From an uncultured virus (IMG/VR IMGVR_UViG_3300002140_000103) (Duplodnaviria; Heunggongvirae; Uroviricota; Caudoviricetes): a stretch of DNA of 64,000 nucleotides. The stretch lies in the IMG/VR virus record IMGVR_UViG_3300002140_000103. One strand, 5' to 3'. The first letter of the stretch is position 1. Each line of letters starts with the position of its first letter. Shown piece by piece: positions 1 through 10,085 of the stretch. Under the pieces are notes generated by a model. It was given only the letters and a program-made list of their open reading frames with translations, was not told where the DNA came from and searched no databases. Made by a program: the position numbers and the translations under genes.

Positions 1-643
1 TATTGATTTCAAATTTATAACGTTGTCCTCTATACAACTTAATGATAGGGTTTCTTTCAATTCCTGTAGTAGGATAATCTGTTTCTGTGAATATATAAGA
101 CGGAGTAGCAATATCATAAACTAGACTTATCGAATATGTACTTACTACACTTCTTGATGTTCCGTATACAGTTATAGAATCCGGGCCCATAGGTAGCCAA
201 TAGTATTCTCTAAAGTTTGTAAACTTATCCCAATCGATATGAGGGTTCCATGTATAAAATTCTTGACTGTTTGTTAAACTATGATTACTAGTTGTACCTT
301 TAAAGTTTTTAATTTGAGATATATAATCATTGTAATTCTTTAAAAAGTTTACATTGTTTAATTCATCTTTATAAACTGCAACTGGCTCAAACTGATAGTT
401 TGATCTATCTGCTGATACGTCCTCAAGGTAGCTATCATCAACTGATCTAGTTTTTGAATGTCTTCTTCCTGCAAAAACATTAAGTTTTTCAACAACACCT
501 GGTGCAAGCATTTGATCAATAGTACTACTGATAAACTTTTTATTAATGTCTGTTCTAAAGTATTTTGGTAGAAAGTTTGATGAACTTCTGTCAGTGTTAT
601 TGCCTGCAGGAAGATTAAATTCGTCTTGATTACTGTTAGCCAT
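1..643 (-). CDS. Large baseplate wedge protein, gp7-like (5' part only; runs off the window start; absent from the ORF track)
   Basis: ATG at 643-641 overlaps the gp6 TAA (TAATG). Reads open as MANSNQDEFNLPAGNNTDRSSSNFLPKYFRTDINKKF...DWDKFTNFREYYWLPMGP...KLYRGQRYKFEIN to the edge. Lies directly after gp6. Confidence 0.6.
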   Translation of the reverse strand, partial: MANSNQDEFNLPAGNNTDRSSSNFLPKYFRTDINKKFISSTIDQMLAPGVVEKLNVFAGRRHSKTRSVDDSYLEDVSADRSNYQFEPVAVYKDELNNVNFLKNYNDYISQIKNFKGTTSNHSLTNSQEFYTWNPHIDWDKFTNFREYYWLPMGPDSITVYGTSRSVVSTYSISLVYDIATPSYIFTETDYPTTGIERNPIIKLYRGQRYKFEIN

Positions 644-3600
644 TAGTAAATAAAGCCCCCGGTTGTTGTTGTTGCAGTACTAATGCCACTAGTAACTGTA
701 TTTGGTGTGGTAGCAGTTGTTGATGTTACTATGCTACCACTTGCTTTTAATCTCTCAGCAGTTATTGAAGAAATAATTTCTACATCTTTAACTGTTGCAG
801 CACTTATGAAGATTTCATCTGATTCTGCTTTTATTTCAAATAAACTACCAAAACTACTAGTAGCATCTCTCGGAACAAGAACAATACTGCTTATATCTGG
901 TGCTAAATCTTGCATAATATAAGTAGACAATTCACTCCAATAAAAAGTTTCTCCAAAGTCCCAATTGTCTAATGCAAAAAACTTGTTAATAGCACCAATT
1001 GTTCTAGATTTTAAATCATTGTCATCAGTTACACGCCCGGCATTTTTTACTATTTTAAATGTAGCTTGCATATTTGTATCGCTCTTACTTCCAAATAATA
1101 TTTTATATTTTACAGGATGATAAATTACTTCATCGCTTATACTTTTAATTTTATTAATTGCAGTACCGTAACTTCTATAAAGTTGGTCACTACTTTGTGC
1201 CAACGGTTTAACAGCTAATACTCCATTAAGATAATATCTAAAGTTTGTATCATATTGCTTTGTTAAAATATATGTGTCTATGATATTAGTACTACTTGGA
1301 TCAATACGACTATTTTCATCTGCTGCATGAAGATATTGGAATTTTATATTATCTCTTCCAATGTATGCTGTATAATCGTACAATTGAGTTAACGCTCTTG
1401 TTGAGCTGTTTAGTTGTTTAAACACATTGTCGTCAACTATGTAATATATAGGATTGCCTTCAGCTAACAAGTTTGGCGATGAGCCAGTTGCTACTGTTAC
1501 TATGTTCTCTGTAGTTGCGTTAACATATACATTAAAAACATTATTGTTTATAAGAATATTTTTAGTAAAGACAAAGTTAGTTGGACTTACAATAATAGCA
1601 AAAGTATCAGGATCATCAACTACTCCATCATCATCAAGATCTGCAAATGTTACTTCAATTTTTTTACTATCGATGTACCCTGCTGTATCACGATATTCGC
1701 TAACTATTTTCCATTCTAAATCTCTACTAAAAGGACGTCCAACATATGTGTTTACGTCACTGTTAATACTTAAAACAGATACAGTGTCTTTAATAATGCC
1801 GCCGGTCTTACTATCGTATATTTTTTTACTGCTATCATAATAAAATCTACATTCAGTGTCGCTTTCAAAAATATATCTTAATGTTTTGTAAGTCATTTCG
1901 TAATCAAAGCCGTTTGTTTCAAACAATATAATCCAACTACTATCAAGTTGTTGACCTGTTGTGTCTCCTGCTAACCCAAGGCTAAAATCGTCTATTAAAT
2001 TAAGATCTGTAGGAAGAATAACTGTCCAACTTCTAGTTTCTCTATCATATCTTATTCCAAATGTTCTGTATGAAAACATATTATCAATAATTTGTATTTT
2101 TGTATCGTCATTTAAGTCTCTTACAAATTTTGGTTTTGCAAAACTTAATAATGCACCGTTTGGTATTATATCGTTAAAAACGATAGGTCCAAGTCCAGTT
2201 GTACTACTAACTTCTGTACCTGTTTCAAATACACTTACAACTTTTGTCCAAATATAACTTACCATGCCGGTATCATACAGATTAGTTGGTGTTACTAGTT
2301 TATTGTTATTTTTAGTATCAAACATTTGAGAACCCGGTGCAATAAATTTCACCATAGCATTTGGTTCAACAAAACGTAAAGGGCCTTCAGTAGAACTTCC
2401 TACTGTATAAGTTATTCCGGCTGCATCAACTAATTTACCAGTTGAAAGATTAACTGTACTAGTAATAGCGTTCCACGTTAATCCTAAGTCAATATAATTT
2501 TGATCTGGGTATTGATCTAGATAAAAACTTCTTACATTTTTATCTTCTAATATTTCAGTTATTTGATTATCAATTATACTTTCGATATCGGTTCTTGTTA
2601 AGAAAGAAAAGTTAGTTTTTTTATCTAGGAATTCTTTATAAAGTATGCCGTCTGTGCCAAAAATATTTGTTGTACTATATTTTCCAGTTGCATCTAATAT
2701 ATCATAGTATCTACTGATACCACTTGCTGTTCTATTAACTGCTTTAACTTTAATAATATCTTGACTTACTCCTAGCGGACCTATGTTATAGTCTTCGCCA
2801 GTAATTAAACGATTTTGTGTATAATAAGTTGCAGGAGCATTACTTTTAATACTGTCAGTAGATTCTGAACTACTAGCATTATCTACTGTAGTTTTTAGAT
2901 CTAACATAACTGTTAAAGTTTCTTGTCTTCCAATTTTACTTACATAAGGCAATTTTAACGTAATGTTACTCATACCTTGTGGAAGTATAGTGTAATCTGT
3001 ATTTGCACTAGTTCTATAATATGTTCTAAATGTTCCTTTAGGAAGATTTCCAAATATACCATCAGAGAATATTAAACTAATTCTGTCGCTTACTCTAGTT
3101 AACACACTATAAATATTTCTAAGTTTTTTATTCAAACTATTGTAAACAACATTGTTGCCTTCTACTGCGTCAACTTTTGACCACAGTTCAGATTCATTGC
3201 CGTTTGCATCTAGTGAATAAAGCCATACATCGTCATGGTTTATGTTTTCTGCATCAATGTCAACTGTTTGACTAGGAACGGGAGAATCGATTGCAAAGTC
3301 TCCTCTTTGCAATGTTCCTTGTCTAAAGTGTGCAAAGAATCCAGTTGTGTTACTGCCTGCACCTTGGCCGTTATCTCTGTATAAGAATCCAAATTGTTGT
3401 CCAGGAAGAGGTGCTTCTTCAACTACATTACCGTCTGACATACCGGTACTAACAACTTCAAAGTCTAATGATCTACTATTAACAGACTTGTTAAAAGAAA
3501 ATACAGAAACACTATTAGTTATGTTGTTAATACGATATTGCTCAGTTGGTATTCCGCTTATGTTTTCAAACTTTAACGGTCTTCCAAACGTGTTTTGTAC

Positions 3601-4101
3601 AGGCAATGCTGCATTTAGAATTTTTGTAAAATGATCAAACCAGTCTGGATTAGTAGTATCGTTCCATACTGCTGATCTATTACTTAAATTAAGGCCGTTA
3701 CTGTCTAATACAGATTCAGATGTTTTAACACTGGTGAATTTTAATAGACCATTTGCTGATTTGTTTCTAGTAGGATTATAACTTAATAGTCTTGCTAAAC
3801 GCAATACGCTTTCTCTGCGTTCTGCTAATTCAATAAAGTTTTCTCTAGCATTTAGATCAATACGGAAACTTATGTTTTGCCCGAGGAAAGCAATCATGTC
3901 AATTAATGCAAGGTACTCTGAACTTTCAATGTAATCATTGAAGTCTTCAGGGTAGTTTGTACGAAGATATTCAATCATTGTTCTTCGTAGATTGTCAAAG
4001 TCATAGCTTTTGAAATCGGCATATTTAAAACTTTGATAGACTTTTTTCCAGTCTTCTGCAAGCAATAATCTGTTTTGTCTGTCAGTTGATGACATGGGCA
4101 C
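643..4101 (-). CDS. gp6: Baseplate wedge subunit, T4 gp6-like (start may be ATG 4095)
   Basis: DFDNLRRTMIEYL...DFNDY..SS...LIDMIA...NARENF...A.RRESVLRLARLLSYNP and APATYYTQNRLITGEDY, typical of gp6/baseplate J. Follows gp25. Confidence 0.88.
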   Translation of the reverse strand: MPMSSTDRQNRLLLAEDWKKVYQSFKYADFKSYDFDNLRRTMIEYLRTNYPEDFNDYIESSEYLALIDMIAFLGQNISFRIDLNARENFIELAERRESVLRLARLLSYNPTRNKSANGLLKFTSVKTSESVLDSNGLNLSNRSAVWNDTTNPDWFDHFTKILNAALPVQNTFGRPLKFENISGIPTEQYRINNITNSVSVFSFNKSVNSRSLDFEVVSTGMSDGNVVEEAPLPGQQFGFLYRDNGQGAGSNTTGFFAHFRQGTLQRGDFAIDSPVPSQTVDIDAENINHDDVWLYSLDANGNESELWSKVDAVEGNNVVYNSLNKKLRNIYSVLTRVSDRISLIFSDGIFGNLPKGTFRTYYRTSANTDYTILPQGMSNITLKLPYVSKIGRQETLTVMLDLKTTVDNASSSESTDSIKSNAPATYYTQNRLITGEDYNIGPLGVSQDIIKVKAVNRTASGISRYYDILDATGKYSTTNIFGTDGILYKEFLDKKTNFSFLTRTDIESIIDNQITEILEDKNVRSFYLDQYPDQNYIDLGLTWNAITSTVNLSTGKLVDAAGITYTVGSSTEGPLRFVEPNAMVKFIAPGSQMFDTKNNNKLVTPTNLYDTGMVSYIWTKVVSVFETGTEVSSTTGLGPIVFNDIIPNGALLSFAKPKFVRDLNDDTKIQIIDNMFSYRTFGIRYDRETRSWTVILPTDLNLIDDFSLGLAGDTTGQQLDSSWIILFETNGFDYEMTYKTLRYIFESDTECRFYYDSSKKIYDSKTGGIIKDTVSVLSINSDVNTYVGRPFSRDLEWKIVSEYRDTAGYIDSKKIEVTFADLDDDGVVDDPDTFAIIVSPTNFVFTKNILINNNVFNVYVNATTENIVTVATGSSPNLLAEGNPIYYIVDDNVFKQLNSSTRALTQLYDYTAYIGRDNIKFQYLHAADENSRIDPSSTNIIDTYILTKQYDTNFRYYLNGVLAVKPLAQSSDQLYRSYGTAINKIKSISDEVIYHPVKYKILFGSKSDTNMQATFKIVKNAGRVTDDNDLKSRTIGAINKFFALDNWDFGETFYWSELSTYIMQDLAPDISSIVLVPRDATSSFGSLFEIKAESDEIFISAATVKDVEIISSITAERLKASGSIVTSTTATTPNTVTSGISTATTTTGGFIY

Positions 4102-4149
4102 GTTTCCTCATTATATCTTATATTTATGAGATTTATAAAGTGCGTAGAT

Positions 4150-4596
4150 TTAATTCAATCCATTATTTTGATCAAATGTAAAACGTAATTTTTCACTAAT
4201 GTTGTATTCTAAGTACGTTAATTCACATTCAATTTGTATTCCTGATTCGTAGCTATCTACAACTACTCTGTCTACTTTAACTCTTGGTTCATGCACTGAC
4301 ACTATTTCGGTAACATTTTGAACTATTATATCTTTAAGAGAATCAGTTAATGGTTCATATAATATATCCCATATTATAGTACCAAACCCAGGGTTTTCTA
4401 ACTTTTCACCTAATCGAATATGAAAATGATTTACAATGTCTTGTTTTATTAATGCAAGGTCATATAATTTAAATTCTTTACTGTTTGAATTAACTGTGCT
4501 AATTCCACGATAAGCACCTGCAGTAACTAAAGGAAGTTCTTTCTTTGGCAATTGCAATCTTAAATTTTTATAAAGATTTTTTTCTAATGTACTCAT
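4150..4596 (-). CDS. gp25: Baseplate wedge / sheath initiator, gp25-like
   Basis: DLALIKQDIVNHF..RLGEKLENPGFGTIIWDILYEP...EPRVKV motif; 148 aa; upstream of gp6. Confidence 0.9.
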   Translation of the reverse strand: MSTLEKNLYKNLRLQLPKKELPLVTAGAYRGISTVNSNSKEFKLYDLALIKQDIVNHFHIRLGEKLENPGFGTIIWDILYEPLTDSLKDIIVQNVTEIVSVHEPRVKVDRVVVDSYESGIQIECELTYLEYNISEKLRFTFDQNNGLN

Positions 4597-4603
4597 ACTA
4601 TAT

Positions 4604-6142
4604 TTACCTTAAATATGACGGTGGCTTCCATCCACCGGTATTTGCTTCTGTATTGTCACTGTAATTTACTGTTTGATCAGGACCTTTTCCAATAGACGCG
4701 GTTTTTGCATTATTTACTGTAGCACTACGATATGTTGTTGCTCTATCTATTGCTGCTTGAGTTTGCTGTATTAATCTGTCGTTAGCGAAGTTTCCTGTTA
4801 TTCTGTTTATACCACTATCTGTATTATCGTTATTTAAATAAGTTACTGTAATAGGAGATGTTGCTGTATTTGTTGGTCTTGACGAAACTGTAATTGTTTT
4901 AGCATTAGTTTTAGGAGAAGATTGTCTGCCTGTAGATAATTTAACTGGTTGAGCGTTTAATAAGTCAGTAGAAACACGCCCACCTAACGCACCCGCTAAA
5001 ACACTGTTTAAACTTCCGTTACCTCCTATTATGGCGCCGATTGCACCGCCGATAGTTCCGCCAAACAGTTTACCAGCAATAGCACCGCCAATAGCTCCCT
5101 TTAAACCGCCGCCGGATAATAATCCTCCAAGTGCTCCGCTGACAGCGCCGCCACCTCCTAACACGCTTCCAAGTGCTCCGCCTAATGCACCATTTGCTAA
5201 GTTAGATTCTAATCCACCTAATGCTTTAGAAAGATTAGCACCTAGCACGCCTGTGCCTTTTGCAAGGTCTAAAGTTCCTACTGATATGCCTTTAGCTGAA
5301 CTAGCAGTTGTAGCAGTTTTTGGTAATGGAGTGTTTGGTGAAACCCAACTTCTTCTTACTGTACTAATTCTTAATCTTGGATCACCGACACTGAATGGTA
5401 TTTTCATAATTTTCACAGTTCCGGCTTGATTACCACCTAATATTTCTATAGTTTTAGTATCAGGATTAAATGCTCTTACAAAGCCTATATGTGAAGACCC
5501 AAACAAACTATCAAGTATTATAATATCGTTTAATCTAATTTCGGCACCAGAATGGAACTTTATAGCATCTCCGTATTTTAAATATGCTCTTGGACTCATT
5601 GTTTCAAGAGACGGCAAGCCTGATTTATTTAATATCCAATTTACATAACATGCTGCCCAACTAAACTGACCTGTTCTTCCGTCTTTTGTAAAACCTCTTC
5701 CACTTATTTTATATGCTTCAATTATATTAGGATTTCCAGGATCGGCATTTTTAGTTTTCCAGTCCATAGTTAAAGATTTATTAATCATAAAATCTAAACT
5801 GTCAAATCCTATTTTTTTGTTTGATTTTGTAATTTCAAGATCTGGCGTGATTTTTGGATTAAATCTTATAGAAGATCCATTGTTATTTAAACCACCTGCA
5901 GCTTGATCGCTACCAAAACCAATATCGGTATTACCAGCCAAATCGCTTATAAAAAAATCTTTTGGAAAACTATTAGTAATTATAATCTCATCAAACAATT
6001 CTGATATCGGGACAATTGATGCAGAGGTAACGACTCCATTAAGACTATTTGTTACACCCTCAACATATTCTATAATTTCGTCTGCGCTTGGCAATGCTGC
6101 TACTGCATCTCCTACTAAATCTCCTATTGGTCCTAGTGCCAT
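4604..6142 (-). CDS. Baseplate-operon protein with TIGR02594-like (NlpC/P60-CHAP-type) peptidoglycan hydrolase domain and glycine-rich C-terminal region
   Basis: NPNIIEAY..., WAACYVNWILNKSG, SHIGFV, ILGGNQ motifs, then GG(A/L)-rich repeats. Confidence 0.7.
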   Translation of the reverse strand: MALGPIGDLVGDAVAALPSADEIIEYVEGVTNSLNGVVTSASIVPISELFDEIIITNSFPKDFFISDLAGNTDIGFGSDQAAGGLNNNGSSIRFNPKITPDLEITKSNKKIGFDSLDFMINKSLTMDWKTKNADPGNPNIIEAYKISGRGFTKDGRTGQFSWAACYVNWILNKSGLPSLETMSPRAYLKYGDAIKFHSGAEIRLNDIIILDSLFGSSHIGFVRAFNPDTKTIEILGGNQAGTVKIMKIPFSVGDPRLRISTVRRSWVSPNTPLPKTATTASSAKGISVGTLDLAKGTGVLGANLSKALGGLESNLANGALGGALGSVLGGGGAVSGALGGLLSGGGLKGAIGGAIAGKLFGGTIGGAIGAIIGGNGSLNSVLAGALGGRVSTDLLNAQPVKLSTGRQSSPKTNAKTITVSSRPTNTATSPITVTYLNNDNTDSGINRITGNFANDRLIQQTQAAIDRATTYRSATVNNAKTASIGKGPDQTVNYSDNTEANTGGWKPPSYLR

Positions 6143-6159
6143 GTTATTCTCCTGTTAAG

Positions 6160-7311
6160 TTACAATATATTCTTAAGAGCAAATGCTTTCTCTGCAGCGT
6201 TAGCGCCGCCCGCTGACAGCTTGCCGCCGCCGCCGATACCTGCATTGAATGCTGCTACTTCAGAAAGTGTAGATTGTCCTTTTGTTGCCAATGCATCTGC
6301 TGCTGTAAATTTTGATAGCTTAACAGGTGATCCTGTTGCACTTGTAAATTGAGAAGCTGCACTTTTTGTTAAAGGAACTTTTCCAGTTGCTAATGCGTTC
6401 ACTGTATTAGTAGCAAGTTCTGGACTTTCTGCATCGTTATCAAATAGATTACTAGTATTATTAGGATTCCTTAGCTGTCTAAACGCAGATTTTATAGGAG
6501 TACTAAGCCATGTAGGCATTTCTGCATGTGGATTATCATTTCCCCAAAGTCCAAGAAGGCTTCTATTAAATCCGTTACCTGACTTTCCGCCTAGCATATC
6601 TATGTGGATTGCATCTGTAGTCATGTAACTTCCGTCACTATTATGTCCAAAGGCTCTGGCACCGTATTTTAATGCAGCAACACAGAATCTTATTATTGCG
6701 TTTTTGCCTTCTTGATTTTTAGAATCAGCTCTTACAACAGATCCACTAGTATTTTTAAAAGATATATAAATATCTCCTGCTAATCCGCTGTCGTGTCTTA
6801 CAGATCCAGTTCTCCAAGGCGTTCCGACGGTACCGGGCCTATTTTGGAAAGTGCCATCGACTAATTTTTGCCAGTTTTTTGTACCAGGAATTAATCGTAA
6901 GTCTGTACGATCAGGCTTAGTAGCAAAATTTTCCCAATCTTGCTTTCCAGTTCCAAAGTTTTTTAAAACTTCTTGAGCTGCAGAAAATAACACTATGTTA
7001 ACAATTCCCGAGTCAGCAGCGGCTGCATTTAACATGTTAATAAACTGATTTTTAGGTGGATCTGCTCTAGTGGCACTCGCGTACTTATGTTCTACAACGT
7101 TTGTAAAAGTGCCGCCGGATGCTAGTCCAGGATCAGCACCACTGCCCGGTGTCGGTGGCGAATATGTTGTAATTGCCGGTACAAATCCTGCACCTGGTAG
7201 TCCTGGAAGACTAAGAGGAACTCCTCCAAAACTAGGAATAGAACTTGCGCCACCGCTTATTGGAAACTGTGAGTTATCAATGATCGGGAATATTGAACTA
7301 TCTTCTGCCAT
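6160..7311 (-). CDS. Putative peptidase M15-like Zn peptidoglycan hydrolase
   Basis: GSVRHDSGLAGDIY (H-x6-D) and AIHIDM match M15/LAS zinc-ligand spacing. Start overlaps the gp5 stop. Confidence 0.6.
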   Translation of the reverse strand: MAEDSSIFPIIDNSQFPISGGASSIPSFGGVPLSLPGLPGAGFVPAITTYSPPTPGSGADPGLASGGTFTNVVEHKYASATRADPPKNQFINMLNAAAADSGIVNIVLFSAAQEVLKNFGTGKQDWENFATKPDRTDLRLIPGTKNWQKLVDGTFQNRPGTVGTPWRTGSVRHDSGLAGDIYISFKNTSGSVVRADSKNQEGKNAIIRFCVAALKYGARAFGHNSDGSYMTTDAIHIDMLGGKSGNGFNRSLLGLWGNDNPHAEMPTWLSTPIKSAFRQLRNPNNTSNLFDNDAESPELATNTVNALATGKVPLTKSAASQFTSATGSPVKLSKFTAADALATKGQSTLSEVAAFNAGIGGGGKLSAGGANAAEKAFALKNIL

Positions 7312-10073
7312 TATTGTTGATTTCCTGTTGATTGTGTTGCTTTACTAAAATTTGTAAATAAGGACGTAGCTGCTTGTTGTCTAGCACGTAATCCTTGATT
7401 ACTTCTTTCAAAGAATCTATCCCAAGCTAACGCTGTGTTACTAGCATCTAGTAAACCGTTGCCGGTGTTAATACGTAAACGTTGAACATTTCTAGCTGCT
7501 ATAATATCAAGTACGTTTAGTTCTTCTCGTATTGCAGTTAGTTGTTCTTCAAAGGTTGCATTTACAAGTCCTACTCTTACGCCGTTTGCTCTAGTTTCAC
7601 TTACAGGACCTCGCTGGCTTCTTCCCATCGAAGCATATCCAGCAGCAAAGACGTCCATTTCGTTTTGTACTAAGATTGGTTTTCCTAAGAACTGCTCAAC
7701 CAGTGTTAATCGTTTGCCGCCGTTTCGCCATTGTACCAATCCACGAGCACCCAAGCCGCCGCCGGCTGGGTTCCAGGCGCCTGGCTCTAATGTAAATCCA
7801 CTTTCAATTTGCATTGCTCCGACAATTCCACATGCTTGTGCTAATGTAAATTTAAAAATAGGGGGGTGGCCAATTTGTTTGCCTTCTTCGTTTAAAATAT
7901 CAGATCCAAATGTATTTTCTTGGAAGAAAGCAATTGCTATAAGTGCTCTTTCAGATATAGTAGTGCTGCTTGATCCACTAGAAAAAGTTACTGGATCTTC
8001 TTCGCCGCCATCTGAGTCATCTTCACCTACTAATCCTCGTTGAGCTGCTCGTTGAGATGAAATTATTCTTGTTTCAGATGCTGTATTAAGACCAATTAGA
8101 TTGAATGTATCCATTAATGGTGTCGGAGTCGACGTTATCTGTTCTACTCCGGCTGCAGTTTCAGAAGGAGCAAATGCTTCTGGATTAAGATTTTCGTGTC
8201 CAAACCACGGTTCATGCATAGGTACTCTTGCTGCTATAGGTGCAGGAGTAGGAGTAATAGTTTCATCTAAGTTAGGAGCATCAGCATCAATACTCCATTC
8301 AGCTGCAAGTTCTGCAGATGCTGCTTCTGTAGCTGCAGTTGCATCCCCTGCTAAATTGGCTTGTATTTGTATTTGTCCTGTGGCGTCAATTGCAACAATT
8401 CCTGCTGCTTTTAAATTGATGTTTGTGGCTGCTTGATTATATATACTTTGATCTGATTTATTATTAATAGTTGCTACAGCATAATTGTAAATAGCATCTC
8501 CAGAATATGTATGAACACTGCCGCCGGTTGTATTAACAAACATATTAGTTTCGGCTTTTATATTAGTGTCTCCTTGTGACCATGAATTTACCGTTCCGGT
8601 AGTAAACAAATGACTATCACCGATTACTGTTGTACGAGAACTTCCATCAATATAAGAATCATAAGAAATTGCTTCAATTTTAAGACCAGCTTTGCCTTTT
8701 AATCCTATAATGCCATCTGTTGTAACTGATATTGCAGTATTACTATCAATTGTTATTTCGCCTAATGCTTTACTTTTTATAGCATTACTACTTGATAGAT
8801 TTAAATCTCCAGCGCTGGTTATTATAGAAGTACCTGTGCCGGCTCTAAATGCCGAAAATGTTCCAGATTCTAAAGTTGTGCTTTCAGCAGAGTTAGTAGC
8901 AATATGTCCACCTGCAGTAAGGTCGTAATTAGAACCCACTGTATTTTTAAATTCAGAAGTTGCATTTATATTAACGTTGTTTCCAGCAGTAAAATTAATA
9001 TCTCTGTCTGCTGTAAAGTTAATATCTTGTTGTGTGTGAAAACTAATACTGTCAGCAGCAAATACATCTATTTTACCATTGCTAGATAGTTCTATCCAAG
9101 CAGTTCCTCTAGCATTTGCAATGTAAATTAAATCTTCAGTATTGTGTAATAAGATTTGATGACCAGTTCTAGTTCTAATTCTAAAAAGTTCGTTTGCTGG
9201 AAACATTTCAGAACCGGGCGGTATATCAGATGCTCGTGAAGTTTCTACAGCAATGTATTCTGCAGGAGTATCTTTGGCTGGACCTTTTCTTAATATTTTA
9301 TCATCACCATCGTCCATAACAATACTGTGTCCAGTAAGTCGACTCGACGGTACTAAAACTGACTTGTCTTTTGGGCCGCGATCAATTGTTGGAGAACCTG
9401 GTCTTTTATCCATAGGCCCTGGAGTGTTGATACCAAATACACTACTAGGAATCTCTCTTCTAGCACTACTACTTGTGAGTCCTCTAAAGTCATCTTCTAG
9501 TAATCCTGCGTCGGTTAGTACATTAACAAAATCTTGATTTACTGGTTTTATATATGTTGTAGGTTGTTGATTTCCTGAAGGGTCGTTGATGTTTTTATTA
9601 AATTCGCCAACTGGTAATCTTCTTCCATCTTGTGAACTAGTTCCCGGAGTTGTAAAAACAGTAGTTGGTCTACCATCAGGTATCATAAAGTTCATAAAGT
9701 CATCAGGTACACATGCAAACCAATAACATAGATCTGCACTTCCTTCAACAAACGTAACTAAAACTTTTGTATCAATGTCTGGTGGAATAAACCACATACC
9801 GTAACTTTGTTGTGTATTTTTAAAATCGTCTTGTGATCCTAATCCGGTATAAGAAGTAACTCCATAAAACGGACTTGCATAAAATGCATCGAAGAATGAA
9901 GAATCTACATCTCTACGATCATTAGAAGTTGTTGATGCAAGTAGTTGCACTTTAAGACTTCCGGAAAACTTACTATCAAGATGGCTTACAACTCTTGCAA
10001 GATAAGTACCATTCTTAGGTTGGTTTCTACTTGTAAAACTTGGGCGTGTATCTTTTGATGTAGACTGGTTCAT
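7311..10073 (-). CDS. gp5: Baseplate central spike gp5/VgrG-like with C-terminal phage tail lysozyme domain
   Basis: N-terminal OB-fold motif (YGMWFIPPDIDTKVLVTFVEG), GHSIVMDDG and RIRTRTGHQILLH, beta-helix repeats, then AQACGIVGAMQIESG...GARGLVQWR...EEQL...FFERS. Confidence 0.82.
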   Translation of the reverse strand: MNQSTSKDTRPSFTSRNQPKNGTYLARVVSHLDSKFSGSLKVQLLASTTSNDRRDVDSSFFDAFYASPFYGVTSYTGLGSQDDFKNTQQSYGMWFIPPDIDTKVLVTFVEGSADLCYWFACVPDDFMNFMIPDGRPTTVFTTPGTSSQDGRRLPVGEFNKNINDPSGNQQPTTYIKPVNQDFVNVLTDAGLLEDDFRGLTSSSARREIPSSVFGINTPGPMDKRPGSPTIDRGPKDKSVLVPSSRLTGHSIVMDDGDDKILRKGPAKDTPAEYIAVETSRASDIPPGSEMFPANELFRIRTRTGHQILLHNTEDLIYIANARGTAWIELSSNGKIDVFAADSISFHTQQDINFTADRDINFTAGNNVNINATSEFKNTVGSNYDLTAGGHIATNSAESTTLESGTFSAFRAGTGTSIITSAGDLNLSSSNAIKSKALGEITIDSNTAISVTTDGIIGLKGKAGLKIEAISYDSYIDGSSRTTVIGDSHLFTTGTVNSWSQGDTNIKAETNMFVNTTGGSVHTYSGDAIYNYAVATINNKSDQSIYNQAATNINLKAAGIVAIDATGQIQIQANLAGDATAATEAASAELAAEWSIDADAPNLDETITPTPAPIAARVPMHEPWFGHENLNPEAFAPSETAAGVEQITSTPTPLMDTFNLIGLNTASETRIISSQRAAQRGLVGEDDSDGGEEDPVTFSSGSSSTTISERALIAIAFFQENTFGSDILNEEGKQIGHPPIFKFTLAQACGIVGAMQIESGFTLEPGAWNPAGGGLGARGLVQWRNGGKRLTLVEQFLGKPILVQNEMDVFAAGYASMGRSQRGPVSETRANGVRVGLVNATFEEQLTAIREELNVLDIIAARNVQRLRINTGNGLLDASNTALAWDRFFERSNQGLRARQQAATSLFTNFSKATQSTGNQQ

Positions 10074-10085
10074 AATTATTCCTTA

